Part shown: one piece after another, positions 1-8,887 of the stretch | Layout: each line of letters opens with the position of its first letter | How positions within the stretch are numbered: position 1 is the stretch's first letter | Source: Promethearchaeota archaeon | GTDB taxonomy: Archaea > Asgardarchaeota > Thorarchaeia > Thorarchaeales > Thorarchaeaceae | Length of the DNA: 10,771 nucleotides | Reading direction: 5' to 3' | Assembly (NCBI GenBank): GCA_048939765.1 | Contig: JBHLPF010000039.1 | Span: 16,033 to 26,803 of the forward strand | Notes under the pieces: generated by a model | What the model saw: only the letters and a program-made list of their open reading frames with translations | What the model was told of the DNA's origin: nothing | Databases searched by the model: none | Program-made: the position numbers and the translations under genes

Positions 1-1
1 G

Positions 2-245
2 ATAGACATACTTGGAACTGGAGTGTGTTCAAAGGGAACAAAAAGTAGGTGAGGTCTACAACTACCCAGAAGATCGGGGAAAGATGTGTCCTGTCTCTTT
101 TCATTCTCTCATTCCCTGGATAATGGTCATACAATCGGGTGGAAACTACTCCTTCAATGATGATGGCAATAGTGTGACTCTTGGCTGTCCAGACCATACG
201 CGTCAAGTAGTGCATAAGGTCACCAGAGAAACTGTCGATGATTGA
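2..245 (+). CDS. TIGR04076-like small Cys-containing protein, 5'-partial, with an apparent 1-nt frameshift near position 38
   Basis: ORF 12..245 has KVGE...CPVSFHSLIP..IQSGG...CPD...V.HKVTR, resembling TIGR04076 proteins. Frame 2 from base 2 reads IDILGTGVCSKG, which joins naturally to QKVGEVY in frame 3 if one A at about 38 is removed. Confidence 0.6.
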
Positions 246-304
246 ATGCAATCTCTATCCCTAGGTCGGAATGAATTTATCTGGGATAATGTGTTTCATT
301 AGGT

Positions 305-643
305 ATGGTAGGGCATTCGCCATCTGAATGGGACAACGAACCCGCAGGTCAAGAATCAGATGATAGTGACTATGAGGCAGATACCACCAACTATGATGAT
401 CTTGTTTGGCTTACAAAGAAGGCTGCCCGGTCGAAGCTTGAGAAATGGCGAAAGGAGCGAGCACAATCAGATGGGACGGAACCTACCAACGATGAAATTG
501 ATGTCGAGAAGACTTGTCGGACCTGCTATTTCTGTTCGTCACGCAGAGAATTCAACAAGGTATTGTATGTACGATGTACGAAGGAGAAACCTGAGTGGGT
601 CGTTGCACAGGATAACCTTCCCTGTTGGAAACTGTTTGAGTGA
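305..643 (+). CDS. Hypothetical protein with acidic N-terminus and C-terminal Cys cluster (CxxCxxC...C...C), possibly metal-binding
   Basis: 112-aa ORF with ATG start and TATA-like TTTATC about 25 nt upstream (277-282). Contains the motif CRTCYFC..RC..LPCW. Confidence 0.7.
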   Translation: MVGHSPSEWDNEPAGQESDDSDYEADTTNYDDLVWLTKKAARSKLEKWRKERAQSDGTEPTNDEIDVEKTCRTCYFCSSRREFNKVLYVRCTKEKPEWVVAQDNLPCWKLFE

Positions 644-678
644 AACTATATCTGAATTTGGCTTAGGAGATACTCCTC

Positions 679-1050
679 ATGAATTCTGAATCCAACTACA
701 ATATTGATACTAAGATTCATTTTGGTCCTTTGGAGATGATAGACCTTCCGAAGATCATAGGCGAATGCGAAAAACGCTGGCAGAATCTTGGACTATGTCT
801 AGTGAATGACAGCGTTATCCGACTCGGAGTCATCAAAGGAGAGTTCCACTGGCATAAACACGACTTGGAGGACGAGTTCTTCTATGTGATAGATGGCCGT
901 CTTATTGTTGACCTAGAAGATCAAACAGTCGAGCTTGGTCCACAGCAGGGATTCCTAGTACCGCGGGGAGTCAACCATCGCACAAGAGCACCCAAAAGAA
1001 CCGCAATTCTGATGGTCGAGGGTAGCACGGTCACACCCACAGGAGATTAG
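679..1050 (+). CDS. Cupin domain protein
   Basis: Both cupin motifs are present (GEFHWHKHDLEDEFFYVIDG and VPRGVNHRT). AGGAG lies upstream. Confidence 0.92.
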   Translation: MNSESNYNIDTKIHFGPLEMIDLPKIIGECEKRWQNLGLCLVNDSVIRLGVIKGEFHWHKHDLEDEFFYVIDGRLIVDLEDQTVELGPQQGFLVPRGVNHRTRAPKRTAILMVEGSTVTPTGD

Positions 1051-1052
1051 TC

Positions 1053-1922
1053 ATGGTGTATGATATAAGGCCTCTAAGAGAAACGGACAAAGACGACATC
1101 TTGGAAATAGCAAAACACACTTGGGAAGGACATGACTATCTTCCATATTCATTTGAGTCATGGCTGAAGGACAAGAATTCACACACTGCTGCAATTGAAC
1201 AGGATGGGCACGTCATTGCTCTAGCGAACCTCAGGGTCATTGAGGATGGCACGACAGGTTGGATGGAAGGTCTTCGAGTTCATCCAGATTATAGGGGAAT
1301 GGGACTTGCTAAGAAACTCACCAACCATGTGGTGCAGACTGCCATCAGTTTGAAGATGGAACGAATCCGCTATACTACGGCTACTGACAACCTAGAATCC
1401 TTGCATCTTGGAGATTCAGTTGACATGTCTAGGAAGTTCAATCTCGCGGTCTTTTGGTTTGAGGATCCTGCTCAGGTGTCATGGAGATCATCAAATGAGG
1501 AGATCGTGTCAATTGATGCGAAGAGCCTTGCACCATTACTAGCTGAAACGAAACTGCTGCCCTGTGGAGTTATTGTATTGGACTGGAAAGCACTAGATGC
1601 AACCCCTGAATCACTAGAAAAGATCGGCCAATCCGCTCCGTTCTGGGTGACATTACAGCATGGAATTATGACAGCTCTATCTATGGGATTCTCACGTGAC
1701 GCTTCAGGAGGGAAGCAATGGCAGTTCACAATATATGCCAAAAACGAAAACATGTTCCTCGACCATCTCTCTCACCAACTCGTCTTGGCAACTAAAAAGA
1801 AGTGCAAATCAATCTTCTGCGCCTATCAGGAAGAATTCTCTCCTGTTATGCGTTCTCTCGAATGGACCAAGATCGAAAACGAAGAGGATTGGGCACTAAC
1901 CCTTTTAGAGAGAGTTCTGTGA
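1053..1922 (+). CDS. GNAT family N-acetyltransferase (N-terminal GNAT domain plus C-terminal extension)
   Basis: WMEGLRVHPDYRGMGLAKKL is the acetyl-CoA binding motif A. The start is 2 nt after the cupin stop, so they are probably co-transcribed. Confidence 0.92.
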   Translation: MVYDIRPLRETDKDDILEIAKHTWEGHDYLPYSFESWLKDKNSHTAAIEQDGHVIALANLRVIEDGTTGWMEGLRVHPDYRGMGLAKKLTNHVVQTAISLKMERIRYTTATDNLESLHLGDSVDMSRKFNLAVFWFEDPAQVSWRSSNEEIVSIDAKSLAPLLAETKLLPCGVIVLDWKALDATPESLEKIGQSAPFWVTLQHGIMTALSMGFSRDASGGKQWQFTIYAKNENMFLDHLSHQLVLATKKKCKSIFCAYQEEFSPVMRSLEWTKIENEEDWALTLLERVL

Positions 1923-2054
1923 AAAGGCACCCACCTAAATATCATCAACTATTGTTAATTCATTATAGACAGAATCTCTTCCTGTGGTGAGATTATGGGG
2001 TTGTCCAAATCGGCTTCCATATTTCCAGTTTTGTTCAAACATTCTAATCACTAG

Positions 2055-2071
2055 AATGGGTCAGACCCATT
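2055..2071. repeat. Perfect 8-bp inverted repeat AATGGGTC-A-GACCCATT between convergent genes
   Basis: Read directly from the sequence; function unknown. Confidence 0.5.
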
Positions 2072-2151
2072 GAAGGTGAAGTGATGGCATTGACGATTCT
2101 AGCGAGAGTCCTTTAGACTATATTGTAATATTATCAGATTTAGGGGAAATT

Positions 2152-2700
2152 TCAATGGGTCTGGTTAGTTGGTGCAACTTCTCTCCGAATTCTTTCTTCA
2201 GTTCTTCCAATGCGTTCTATGATTCGTTTTAGAGTCTTCAGCATTCCTTCAAGATTATCATCGAAATTACTATGTGACAGAATTCTCTCAACGGTGAGAA
2301 GAGCCTTCTCCGCCTCGTGAATTAGACCATATGCAGTTTCAGGATATTCGGTCACTCGATCCTCCTTTAAAACGAATTGTATCAAATCCAGAAGTTCCTT
2401 AGTCCCGTAGACTTTCATATCAATTGCTCTTTTCGGACACGCTGCCACACAAACACCACAGCCTCTGCACCTCTCTTGTCGCACATAGATAGTCTTGTCC
2501 ACTATAATAGGTGCTTCCCAAGGACAAAGGTCTGTACATAGCCCACACAAAATACACCCATGTGTTCCTGCGTTTCTGACTTCTATTACTGACAATAGAG
2601 CAACTTCTGTTGGATTCAATTCCTCATCCATTTGGAGTACAGAATCTGTATTGCTCACAGAACCATCACTCTTCTTTACACCAATATCCTCGGATTGCAC
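2152..2700 (-). CDS. 2x[4Fe-4S] ferredoxin-domain protein with C-terminal helical region
   Basis: Two CxxCxxCxxxCP motifs: CILCGLCTDLCPWEA and CRGCGVCVAACPKRAI. Confidence 0.88.
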   Translation of the reverse strand: MQSEDIGVKKSDGSVSNTDSVLQMDEELNPTEVALLSVIEVRNAGTHGCILCGLCTDLCPWEAPIIVDKTIYVRQERCRGCGVCVAACPKRAIDMKVYGTKELLDLIQFVLKEDRVTEYPETAYGLIHEAEKALLTVERILSHSNFDDNLEGMLKTLKRIIERIGRTEERIRREVAPTNQTH

Positions 2701-2996
2701 CCACGGTTCTTCAGTTCTCTCTCAACCTTGAGTAGATGGACCATTGAAACACTTATTGCATTCTTCAAGGAAACACGCATCAACTTGAGGTCACTATCGG
2801 TATGGTCGGATAGTTTCCTAGGAAGAATTACGTTGAATGCATGTGTCCGCCACATTGACATGTCATTTGCCCATTCAGATTGTTTACGTACCGAATGTAT
2901 ACTGTTGTCATGAATAACTGACTGGTTCAGTGAATTGTCAACCTTGTCCATTCCATCACTAATGGATAGTACATCTCTGTCATTACTTGACGCCAA
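2676..2996 (-). CDS. Hypothetical protein, probably co-transcribed with the ferredoxin-domain gene
   Basis: 106-aa ORF with TTG start that overlaps the downstream gene start. A minus-strand AAAAGTTATAAA TATA/BRE-like element lies about 30-40 nt upstream. Confidence 0.55.
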   Translation of the reverse strand: MASSNDRDVLSISDGMDKVDNSLNQSVIHDNSIHSVRKQSEWANDMSMWRTHAFNVILPRKLSDHTDSDLKLMRVSLKNAISVSMVHLLKVERELKNRGCNPRILV

Positions 2997-2999
2997 TCA

Positions 3000-3240
3000 C
3001 ATCACCAATTCCAATATGGCAACATAGATTTATAACTTTTTGCTATTTGAACACAAAAAATATGCCACGAAATTACATATTAAAAAGTTTCACTTTCGAA
3101 ATTAAAATGTGCAATTCATGTTACAACTAATAAACGCAAATGCTAGTTGCAGTCGTTATCGATTAAAAAAGGTGTCAAAAATGAGGGCTATCAGGAAAGT
3201 TTATGACAGTCTTCGACAAGATTTCAGTGAAGAGGGATAT
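3000..3240. promoter_or_regulatory. AT-rich divergent promoter region
   Basis: AT-rich intergenic stretch between divergent genes, with TATA-like elements at about 3029-3035 (minus) and 3199-3204 (plus, AAAGTTTATG). Confidence 0.55.
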
Positions 3241-3242
3241 TC

Positions 3243-4259
3243 TTGGTTCAGATACTAGATGATTCACTCAATATCAAGCTGCTACAACTGATATGCTCAG
3301 GCACCGGAGTGGATATCAACATCAGCGAACTCTCTGAGAAACTGAAAAAACACAGGAACACAGTGGCTACAAGAGTGGAGAATCTGTTCTCCAATAGAAT
3401 CATCGATAACCCCTTTCATCCATTCCTAAGAGTCTTTTCAGAATACCCTCTCCTTGTTCTTGAAAAAGCAAATCTGCCTCGCAACCAACAAACAAACACA
3501 TGGATTGAGAAGAATCCGCATATCTGGGCTGCATTTTTTGTAAAAGATGAGGATTACAATACCCTGCTAATAGAACTCCATGAGGATCTTCATGCGTATC
3601 AAGTGTGGAGGGATTCCATCCTTCAGGGGGAGTATGTTTCTTCTGAAGCCATCTATCTCAGTACCAAAGCAATAATCAAGAATGACCTTGCCGCCTCGGT
3701 TGAACTCCTGAAATCTGATTTTCATAAATCCCCGCAAATTAAGATGAACGGTCTTACAATAGATCAAACATATCTGGATTTAATTGAAGCACTCATGCTG
3801 GGCAAAGGTGTCTGGACAAATCCAAACTCATTAGCGCGGGAACTTAACGTTCACCGCATGACTGTTCAACGAAGGCTTGAACTTCTTCTTCAAGAGAAGA
3901 TAATCTCAAAGCCTGTGTCCCGTTTTCCACGAATGTGGGCTCCACCTGGATACTTCATTGTTCTCTCACTGATTGAGCTGAAGAAGCAAAAGGATCGCAT
4001 ATCAAAAATCCTCACAGAAGACCCCCACACATCTCTTATAGTAAAAGCTGGCGCAGGAAAGTACAATCTAGTAGCTATAAGCTGCTTTTCAAGGCTCAGA
4101 GATCATCTCACTTGGGAAGAAGAATACGACCAAAGATTCTCAGGATCCATTGGAGCAGTCAAGAATCTGTATCTCTCTCCTTCAATGACCTTCTCGATAC
4201 ATCAGCAGTACGTGCCACTCGAATTTCTAAAAAAGCAGCTGAAGAATATTCATGCGTAG
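3243..4259 (+). CDS. Lrp/AsnC-like transcriptional regulator with two tandem wHTH + ligand-binding modules
   Basis: Two HTH motifs (NISELSEKLKKHRNTVATRVENL and NPNSLARELNVHRMTVQRRLELL), each followed by a RAM-like alpha/beta segment (..EDYNTLL.., ..GKYNLVA..). Confidence 0.8.
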   Translation: MVQILDDSLNIKLLQLICSGTGVDINISELSEKLKKHRNTVATRVENLFSNRIIDNPFHPFLRVFSEYPLLVLEKANLPRNQQTNTWIEKNPHIWAAFFVKDEDYNTLLIELHEDLHAYQVWRDSILQGEYVSSEAIYLSTKAIIKNDLAASVELLKSDFHKSPQIKMNGLTIDQTYLDLIEALMLGKGVWTNPNSLARELNVHRMTVQRRLELLLQEKIISKPVSRFPRMWAPPGYFIVLSLIELKKQKDRISKILTEDPHTSLIVKAGAGKYNLVAISCFSRLRDHLTWEEEYDQRFSGSIGAVKNLYLSPSMTFSIHQQYVPLEFLKKQLKNIHA

Positions 4260-4356
4260 AATCTGATTAAAAACCTACAATCTTGGATAGAAGTGGCTCT
4301 ACGGAAAGGCATGCCTGGAATAGACCATGTGAAATGTGACGCCTTTCACAGTTAGT

Positions 4357-6348
4357 TTATGACTCTCCTCTTCGACTGTATATGGCCATAACAAGTATTA
4401 TTGCTGCAAGCGCAACAACTACGCCAATGACTATTGCAGCAAAGTCCCCCCCAACTTCCTGGATGTTTCTGGTCGAAAGGTAATGAATGTCCTGTTCCGA
4501 CAGTTCGACAAGAATGTAGTCGTCATAGAGCAATCTCACCTCATCAGGTTCTCCCGTCACTTCAAGAGTCAGAGTAGTCGTGCCATTTATCCACACGACT
4601 TCATCGCTCAGAACTTCATGCGTAGTATCAAGGACCCTGATAGGCACCTGTTGTGAGTAGGAATATGGATTATACGCCTCATTCTCATCCTCAATAGTCA
4701 CCATCAGTGTGTCCTCTGTTTCATTATAGATCACATTAGTGAATGAATAGTCTGGTAAGCGGGGGTTGTCAAACCATGGTAGAAAGAACCAATCTAGAGA
4801 CCTCCCACATACCACTTCCAGAGCAGTCTGTAGCCCTGCCAATGTGCCAACTCTGAAGTAATTCTGCTTCAAGAAGAGCGAGAGGCCCTCGATAAACTTC
4901 TCGTGACCTATCTCGACACGCAGCTTCTCAAGCACGAGTGGGGTCTTTACATATTCAATGTATGTCACCAGCTCAGACATATCGTAGTTTGACTGGTTTA
5001 TTGCAGTGTCTATCCCATTTTCCACATAGAAGGTCCTCACGTTGTCTAGATATCGATCATATTGGAAATACTCCCAGCTTACATGATAGCACTCACCAAA
5101 GTAGTTGTGAGACCAGCAGGTCATTCCCTCGTCAAGGAATCCCCAGTCGATACTGTCCACTCCGACAAGCTGAGACCACCATTGATGAACCACCTCGTGA
5201 ACGACCACCAATTCAAGATAATTGGGCGGCCGCTCCCCTGCCCTCACGAGCTGAAGTATGCCATTTGTCATGTACACTTGGCAAGGATACTCCATGCCAC
5301 CATAGAATGCGAACTGCTCCACAACATTGAGAGTTGAATAGGGATAGATGCCATAGGTCGTGTTGAAAAGCAATAGGGTCTCACTTGCCCAGTTCAGGAC
5401 ATCATCTTCCCACTCTGCCTGAGAGTCTGGGATGTAAAAGCTTGATACATTGACAGACCCTACCATCAATGACTCCACAACATAGTATCGAGAGGCTGAG
5501 AATGTGGCCTCGCGTACCGGCAGGCTGGGACTGAAATGGTAGGTGGTATTGCTTCCACCGCTATAGCTATCAATCAATTGACCCGTTGCTGCTACCACCA
5601 TGTCACTAGGGACTTCGACCAAGAAGTCATAGAATGCCATGTCAAGGTAGAAGGGGTCTCCGAAATCGACATACCCATCTGTGTTCCAGCCATCATACTC
5701 ATCGTAGACGCACGGCATGGGATAGCAGCTGGCAAATGTGAATATTCTCGATTCGTTAGTGTCACTGCCCTGCGAGTTGGCTCTGTCTAGACCATCAGGC
5801 AGAGTGGTTTCGAATGAGATTTGAAACGAAGTAGTGCCACCTGCTTCAACAGGCGCTAGAAGATTGACCCACATTATCTCGTCTTCCGACACGACATCGT
5901 AAGACAAAGGAACCTTGATGGTATCGATCGTGGTCACATTGAATATCTCAAGAGTCCCTTGTCTACTAGTGTAATTCATGCCGGAAGGATAGAGATGGAA
6001 CGGAATACTTGAGAATGCAATTGGCTCGTCATTGTGATACTCAATGGACAGATTGCCAGTGACAGTTGACCGAGTATCATCCAGCGTGACAGACAGATTG
6101 ACATGAGAGAAACTAGTCCCTGTGAAATTCCCCCTTGAGAACTGGTTGTAGTCATTGAGGTCAGCTTGGCTCAGCAATGCCTGAGTGTCTGTTCCCAGAT
6201 CTCTCCGAAGGCTTGGTAGTGTCGAACTTGGAAGCGCGATAGAAAAACCAGTGGACACAATCATGAGAGCTACCGAGAAGATAAGGAGTCTCTTCAAATT
6301 ACACCAACCACCTATCACTATATCCTGAGTAATCAGCCCAAAACGCAT
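4357..6348 (-). CDS. Membrane-anchored M1 family (gluzincin) metallo-aminopeptidase; the true start may be TTG at about 6297
   Basis: GGMEY exopeptidase motif and HEVVH-x18-E (FLDEG) zinc site. N-terminal signal peptide (KRLLIFSVALMIV...) and C-terminal TM helix with basic tail. GGTGG RBS-like sequence precedes the TTG. Confidence 0.92.
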   Translation of the reverse strand: MRFGLITQDIVIGGWCNLKRLLIFSVALMIVSTGFSIALPSSTLPSLRRDLGTDTQALLSQADLNDYNQFSRGNFTGTSFSHVNLSVTLDDTRSTVTGNLSIEYHNDEPIAFSSIPFHLYPSGMNYTSRQGTLEIFNVTTIDTIKVPLSYDVVSEDEIMWVNLLAPVEAGGTTSFQISFETTLPDGLDRANSQGSDTNESRIFTFASCYPMPCVYDEYDGWNTDGYVDFGDPFYLDMAFYDFLVEVPSDMVVAATGQLIDSYSGGSNTTYHFSPSLPVREATFSASRYYVVESLMVGSVNVSSFYIPDSQAEWEDDVLNWASETLLLFNTTYGIYPYSTLNVVEQFAFYGGMEYPCQVYMTNGILQLVRAGERPPNYLELVVVHEVVHQWWSQLVGVDSIDWGFLDEGMTCWSHNYFGECYHVSWEYFQYDRYLDNVRTFYVENGIDTAINQSNYDMSELVTYIEYVKTPLVLEKLRVEIGHEKFIEGLSLFLKQNYFRVGTLAGLQTALEVVCGRSLDWFFLPWFDNPRLPDYSFTNVIYNETEDTLMVTIEDENEAYNPYSYSQQVPIRVLDTTHEVLSDEVVWINGTTTLTLEVTGEPDEVRLLYDDYILVELSEQDIHYLSTRNIQEVGGDFAAIVIGVVVALAAIILVMAIYSRRGES

Positions 6349-6442
6349 TAAAACTACCGTCTTGAGCAGTCAATTGGCAAATGTGAGAATATCGCCTGTA
6401 TCTGTTTATGCCGTTCTCCCTTTGGCTATAATTGACAGCCAG

Positions 6443-6463
6443 GAAGAAGTGGCGCCGCCGGGA
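6443..6463. repeat. Copy of tRNA-Asn 3' end (att-like), repeat R4
   Basis: GAAGAAGTGGCGCCGCCGG (6443-6461) is a 19-nt exact match to 10232-10250, covering tRNA positions 65-76 plus the 3' trailer. Confidence 0.92.
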
Positions 6464-6471
6464 TTATCATT

Positions 6472-7905
6472 CTAGCCGAAACCTAGGCTTGCCACCAAAT
6501 CATCAATGATATGTTTGATTGGATCTGCAAAATACATCAAAAGGAAGATGATAATGAAGATGGATATCATAATCACCCATCTCATATAGTATTCCCTGCG
6601 TAAATCTGAGAAGTTGCGTGCCAGCTCTGCAAGGTCCCTTGCCCGTGTCCGATAGTACCATGCAATGCCTCGATTGGTGATAGAATAGGACCCCTCTCGC
6701 TCGGTGATGAGCCCGCTCCTCTCGGCTTGTCTTATATTCTTCATAATGCCCCTCTGTTTTATGTTGTGGAACCCTATCACGGCTTGAACATCGTAGTACC
6801 GGTGACCGACGCTCACTCCTCTTAGAAAATCCTGTTCAATGGCATCTGCTCGCTTGGGGCCAGTTGCGAGTCTTCCAAGAACCCAATACGTCATGAGGTC
6901 CTCATACACCTCGTTTGCGCCAAGACGAATTGTGTCTACATCAATCTCGTCACCTGCAGCTCTCAGTTCCTTGAAGGTAGAGAAACCCTCCCAGAGTATT
7001 ATCGCGGATATTGCGAACGCTACCAGCTTATCTACAAAGTAATATCCGAAAATTGAGAAGGTGAGGCCGATTATAACCCCGAAGGCAACCTTGATGTGCG
7101 AGGTGTCTTCTTTGGCATCTCCAATTAGAGCCAGATTCCCTGAACTTCGCCCCACCATCACCTTCAACCAGATGAGGCCCTTGTTGATCACGATGGACAA
7201 GAACTCCACATAATATGCTTGAACCGACCATTGCACCGGCTCATTCGAAAGCAAACCAGCAATTGAACCCACTGCGAGTAGTGCCCCAGCGATCATCATA
7301 GTCATTATGATCGCTAGAGTGCCAAGCCTGTCTCGATTGTACTTGATGCTGAATGCAATTATGCCTACGACTAGAAGATCGGTCAGATTCTCAACGCCTT
7401 CGTTCAATATAGCGTCACTTCGAATTGACAGGCCAATCCAAATCTTCACAGAAGCCAGAAGAAGCAGAGCAAATGTAGAGATAATAAGTACAGTGCGTTC
7501 CGTAAGGAAACGCCTCATCCAGTACCCCTCATGGACTATCTCGAGCCTGCCGTATCGAATCGTTTCACGTCCACGATGACTGAGGCTGTATAGACCCTCA
7601 GATTCCTGGATTAGGTCGTCATTCAAACCATGCTGGATGGCCTCATCTATGTCAATGGACGTCATAGTGGGTCGACGAAGCCTGAACGCAAATATGCCAT
7701 CTAGATGGTCATAGAGGCCCTCTCGTGTGTTGAATCCTTCGTGAATCGCACATAGTATTGCATAGAGAAGTGAAACAGCTGGCTCACTCCGTAGAATGCT
7801 TTTAACTGGGTAACTGTGTCGTGCCTGCCTAATCTCTTGATGGCTGAAACTCCAGAGCTCCCTAAATGGGTCAGTGGAATCTTCAATCACTGGCGGATTA
7901 GCCAC
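6472..7905 (-). CDS. Cation diffusion facilitator (CDF)-like transporter domain flanked by wHTH-like domains
   Basis: CDF-type TM pattern (LLLASVKIWIGLSIRSDAILNEGVENLTDLL; GRSSGNLALIGDAKEDTSH; FVDKLVAFAISAIILWEG). Two wHTH wing-like segments (LIQESEGLYSLSHRG and GLITEREGSYSITNRG). Confidence 0.8.
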   Translation of the reverse strand: MANPPVIEDSTDPFRELWSFSHQEIRQARHSYPVKSILRSEPAVSLLYAILCAIHEGFNTREGLYDHLDGIFAFRLRRPTMTSIDIDEAIQHGLNDDLIQESEGLYSLSHRGRETIRYGRLEIVHEGYWMRRFLTERTVLIISTFALLLLASVKIWIGLSIRSDAILNEGVENLTDLLVVGIIAFSIKYNRDRLGTLAIIMTMMIAGALLAVGSIAGLLSNEPVQWSVQAYYVEFLSIVINKGLIWLKVMVGRSSGNLALIGDAKEDTSHIKVAFGVIIGLTFSIFGYYFVDKLVAFAISAIILWEGFSTFKELRAAGDEIDVDTIRLGANEVYEDLMTYWVLGRLATGPKRADAIEQDFLRGVSVGHRYYDVQAVIGFHNIKQRGIMKNIRQAERSGLITEREGSYSITNRGIAWYYRTRARDLAELARNFSDLRREYYMRWVIMISIFIIIFLLMYFADPIKHIIDDLVASLGFG

Positions 7906-7969
7906 TTTAAGGCCTCCATTCCAAGCGAATTGATGAATGATGCATAGATGCTTTGCTAAGTATCTTATG

Positions 7970-7992
7970 CACAGTTACAATGCGTAACTGTG
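7970..7992. promoter_or_regulatory. Perfect 9-bp inverted repeat CACAGTTAC-N5-GTAACTGTG, candidate operator upstream of the CDF-like gene
   Basis: Read directly from the sequence; about 65-87 nt upstream of the 7905 start. Confidence 0.5.
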
Positions 7993-8015
7993 AACTTTCA
8001 TTATGCATGAACGTC

Positions 8016-8040
8016 AGAATTAGATGGGGCCGTCGGGAGT
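8016..8040. repeat. Degenerate copy of tRNA-Asn 3' end, repeat R3
   Basis: AGAATTAGATGGGGCCGTCGGGAGT. Its core TGGGGCCGTCGGGA matches the consensus at 12/14 positions, and it is very similar to R1 at 9485-9509 (22/25). Confidence 0.75.
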
Positions 8041-8060
8041 TACAGAACTAGCAATGTCAG

Positions 8061-8711
8061 CTAATCATCTTGCTCAAGAGAAGATCGATTTTGCTCATCA
8101 GTCAATTCTCTTAACCTACGAATATACTCCATTGGGTTGTTTCGTTTCAAATCATCAAGCTCTTTCAGTCGTTCAAAGGGAATGCTGCCTGCTCTGCCCA
8201 TGTACGATTCTCTTATATTTCTCTCAAAGGTGACTCTAGGTTCATTTCTAGGTGAAGATCTTCGAGAAAGCACTAGAATCACTATGTAGAACAGATACAC
8301 CATGGATATACCCACGATTGCAGGAAGCGTCTGATTCACTGGTAATGACATGAGATACACAGCTACAGGTATCAGTATGACAAAGGGAATCAAACTAACA
8401 AGAATGCCTGCGACTTTGAGCGTACGAGGGCTAAATCTCAGAAAAAATCCAAATCTCCGTACACTATCAAGTACAGATTGCAGCGTATCAGTTGAAATCA
8501 ATAAGTCAATCTCTGACTCAGAGAAAGATATGACGGGCTTCCCTCTCTCATTTTGAATCTCGAATGAGTCCTCATAGTCTGATAGTCCCCCAACGGACTG
8601 AAACCGCATGACTCTCCACTCAACGTATCTGGGGCTCTCTCTGATCACACTCTCTATTGTTTCACATTTGCTGTCTCGATAGTATTGCTCTGGAATTGTC
8701 TTTCTCTCCAC
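8061..8711 (-). CDS. Hypothetical membrane protein (2 TM helices)
   Basis: 216-aa ORF with GTG start and two hydrophobic stretches. A minus-strand TTTATC lies about 32 nt upstream. Confidence 0.72.
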   Translation of the reverse strand: MERKTIPEQYYRDSKCETIESVIRESPRYVEWRVMRFQSVGGLSDYEDSFEIQNERGKPVISFSESEIDLLISTDTLQSVLDSVRRFGFFLRFSPRTLKVAGILVSLIPFVILIPVAVYLMSLPVNQTLPAIVGISMVYLFYIVILVLSRRSSPRNEPRVTFERNIRESYMGRAGSIPFERLKELDDLKRNNPMEYIRRLRELTDEQNRSSLEQDD

Positions 8712-8791
8712 CCTATCTACTTATGATTACCCTCAGAAAGAGATAAACTTCCGCATTTTGGAATCTTGGAGAAGCATGTCATTGGATGCAA

Positions 8792-8812
8792 AAGGAGTGG
8801 CGCCGCCGGGAG
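8792..8812. repeat. Copy of tRNA-Asn 3' end, repeat R2
   Basis: AAGGAGTGGCGCCGCCGGGAG. AGTGGCGCCGCCGG is identical to the tRNA end, and AGTGGCGCCGCCGGGA is identical to R4. Confidence 0.9.
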
Positions 8813-8887
8813 CTAACTGCTTTTCAAAGAGTTTATCCTCTTTTGCACTAAAGAACTATCGAATCGGCTTTAGGAGGGCCATAAAGA

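Noticed and set aside
2152-2700. Calling the ferredoxin-domain gene hdrA
   Set aside because: Only the 4Fe-4S dicluster resembles it; there is no FAD-binding domain.
4328-4350. TGTGAAA...TTTCACA inverted repeat between convergent genes
   Set aside because: The arms are only 7 bp. It could be a terminator or chance, and cannot be supported further.
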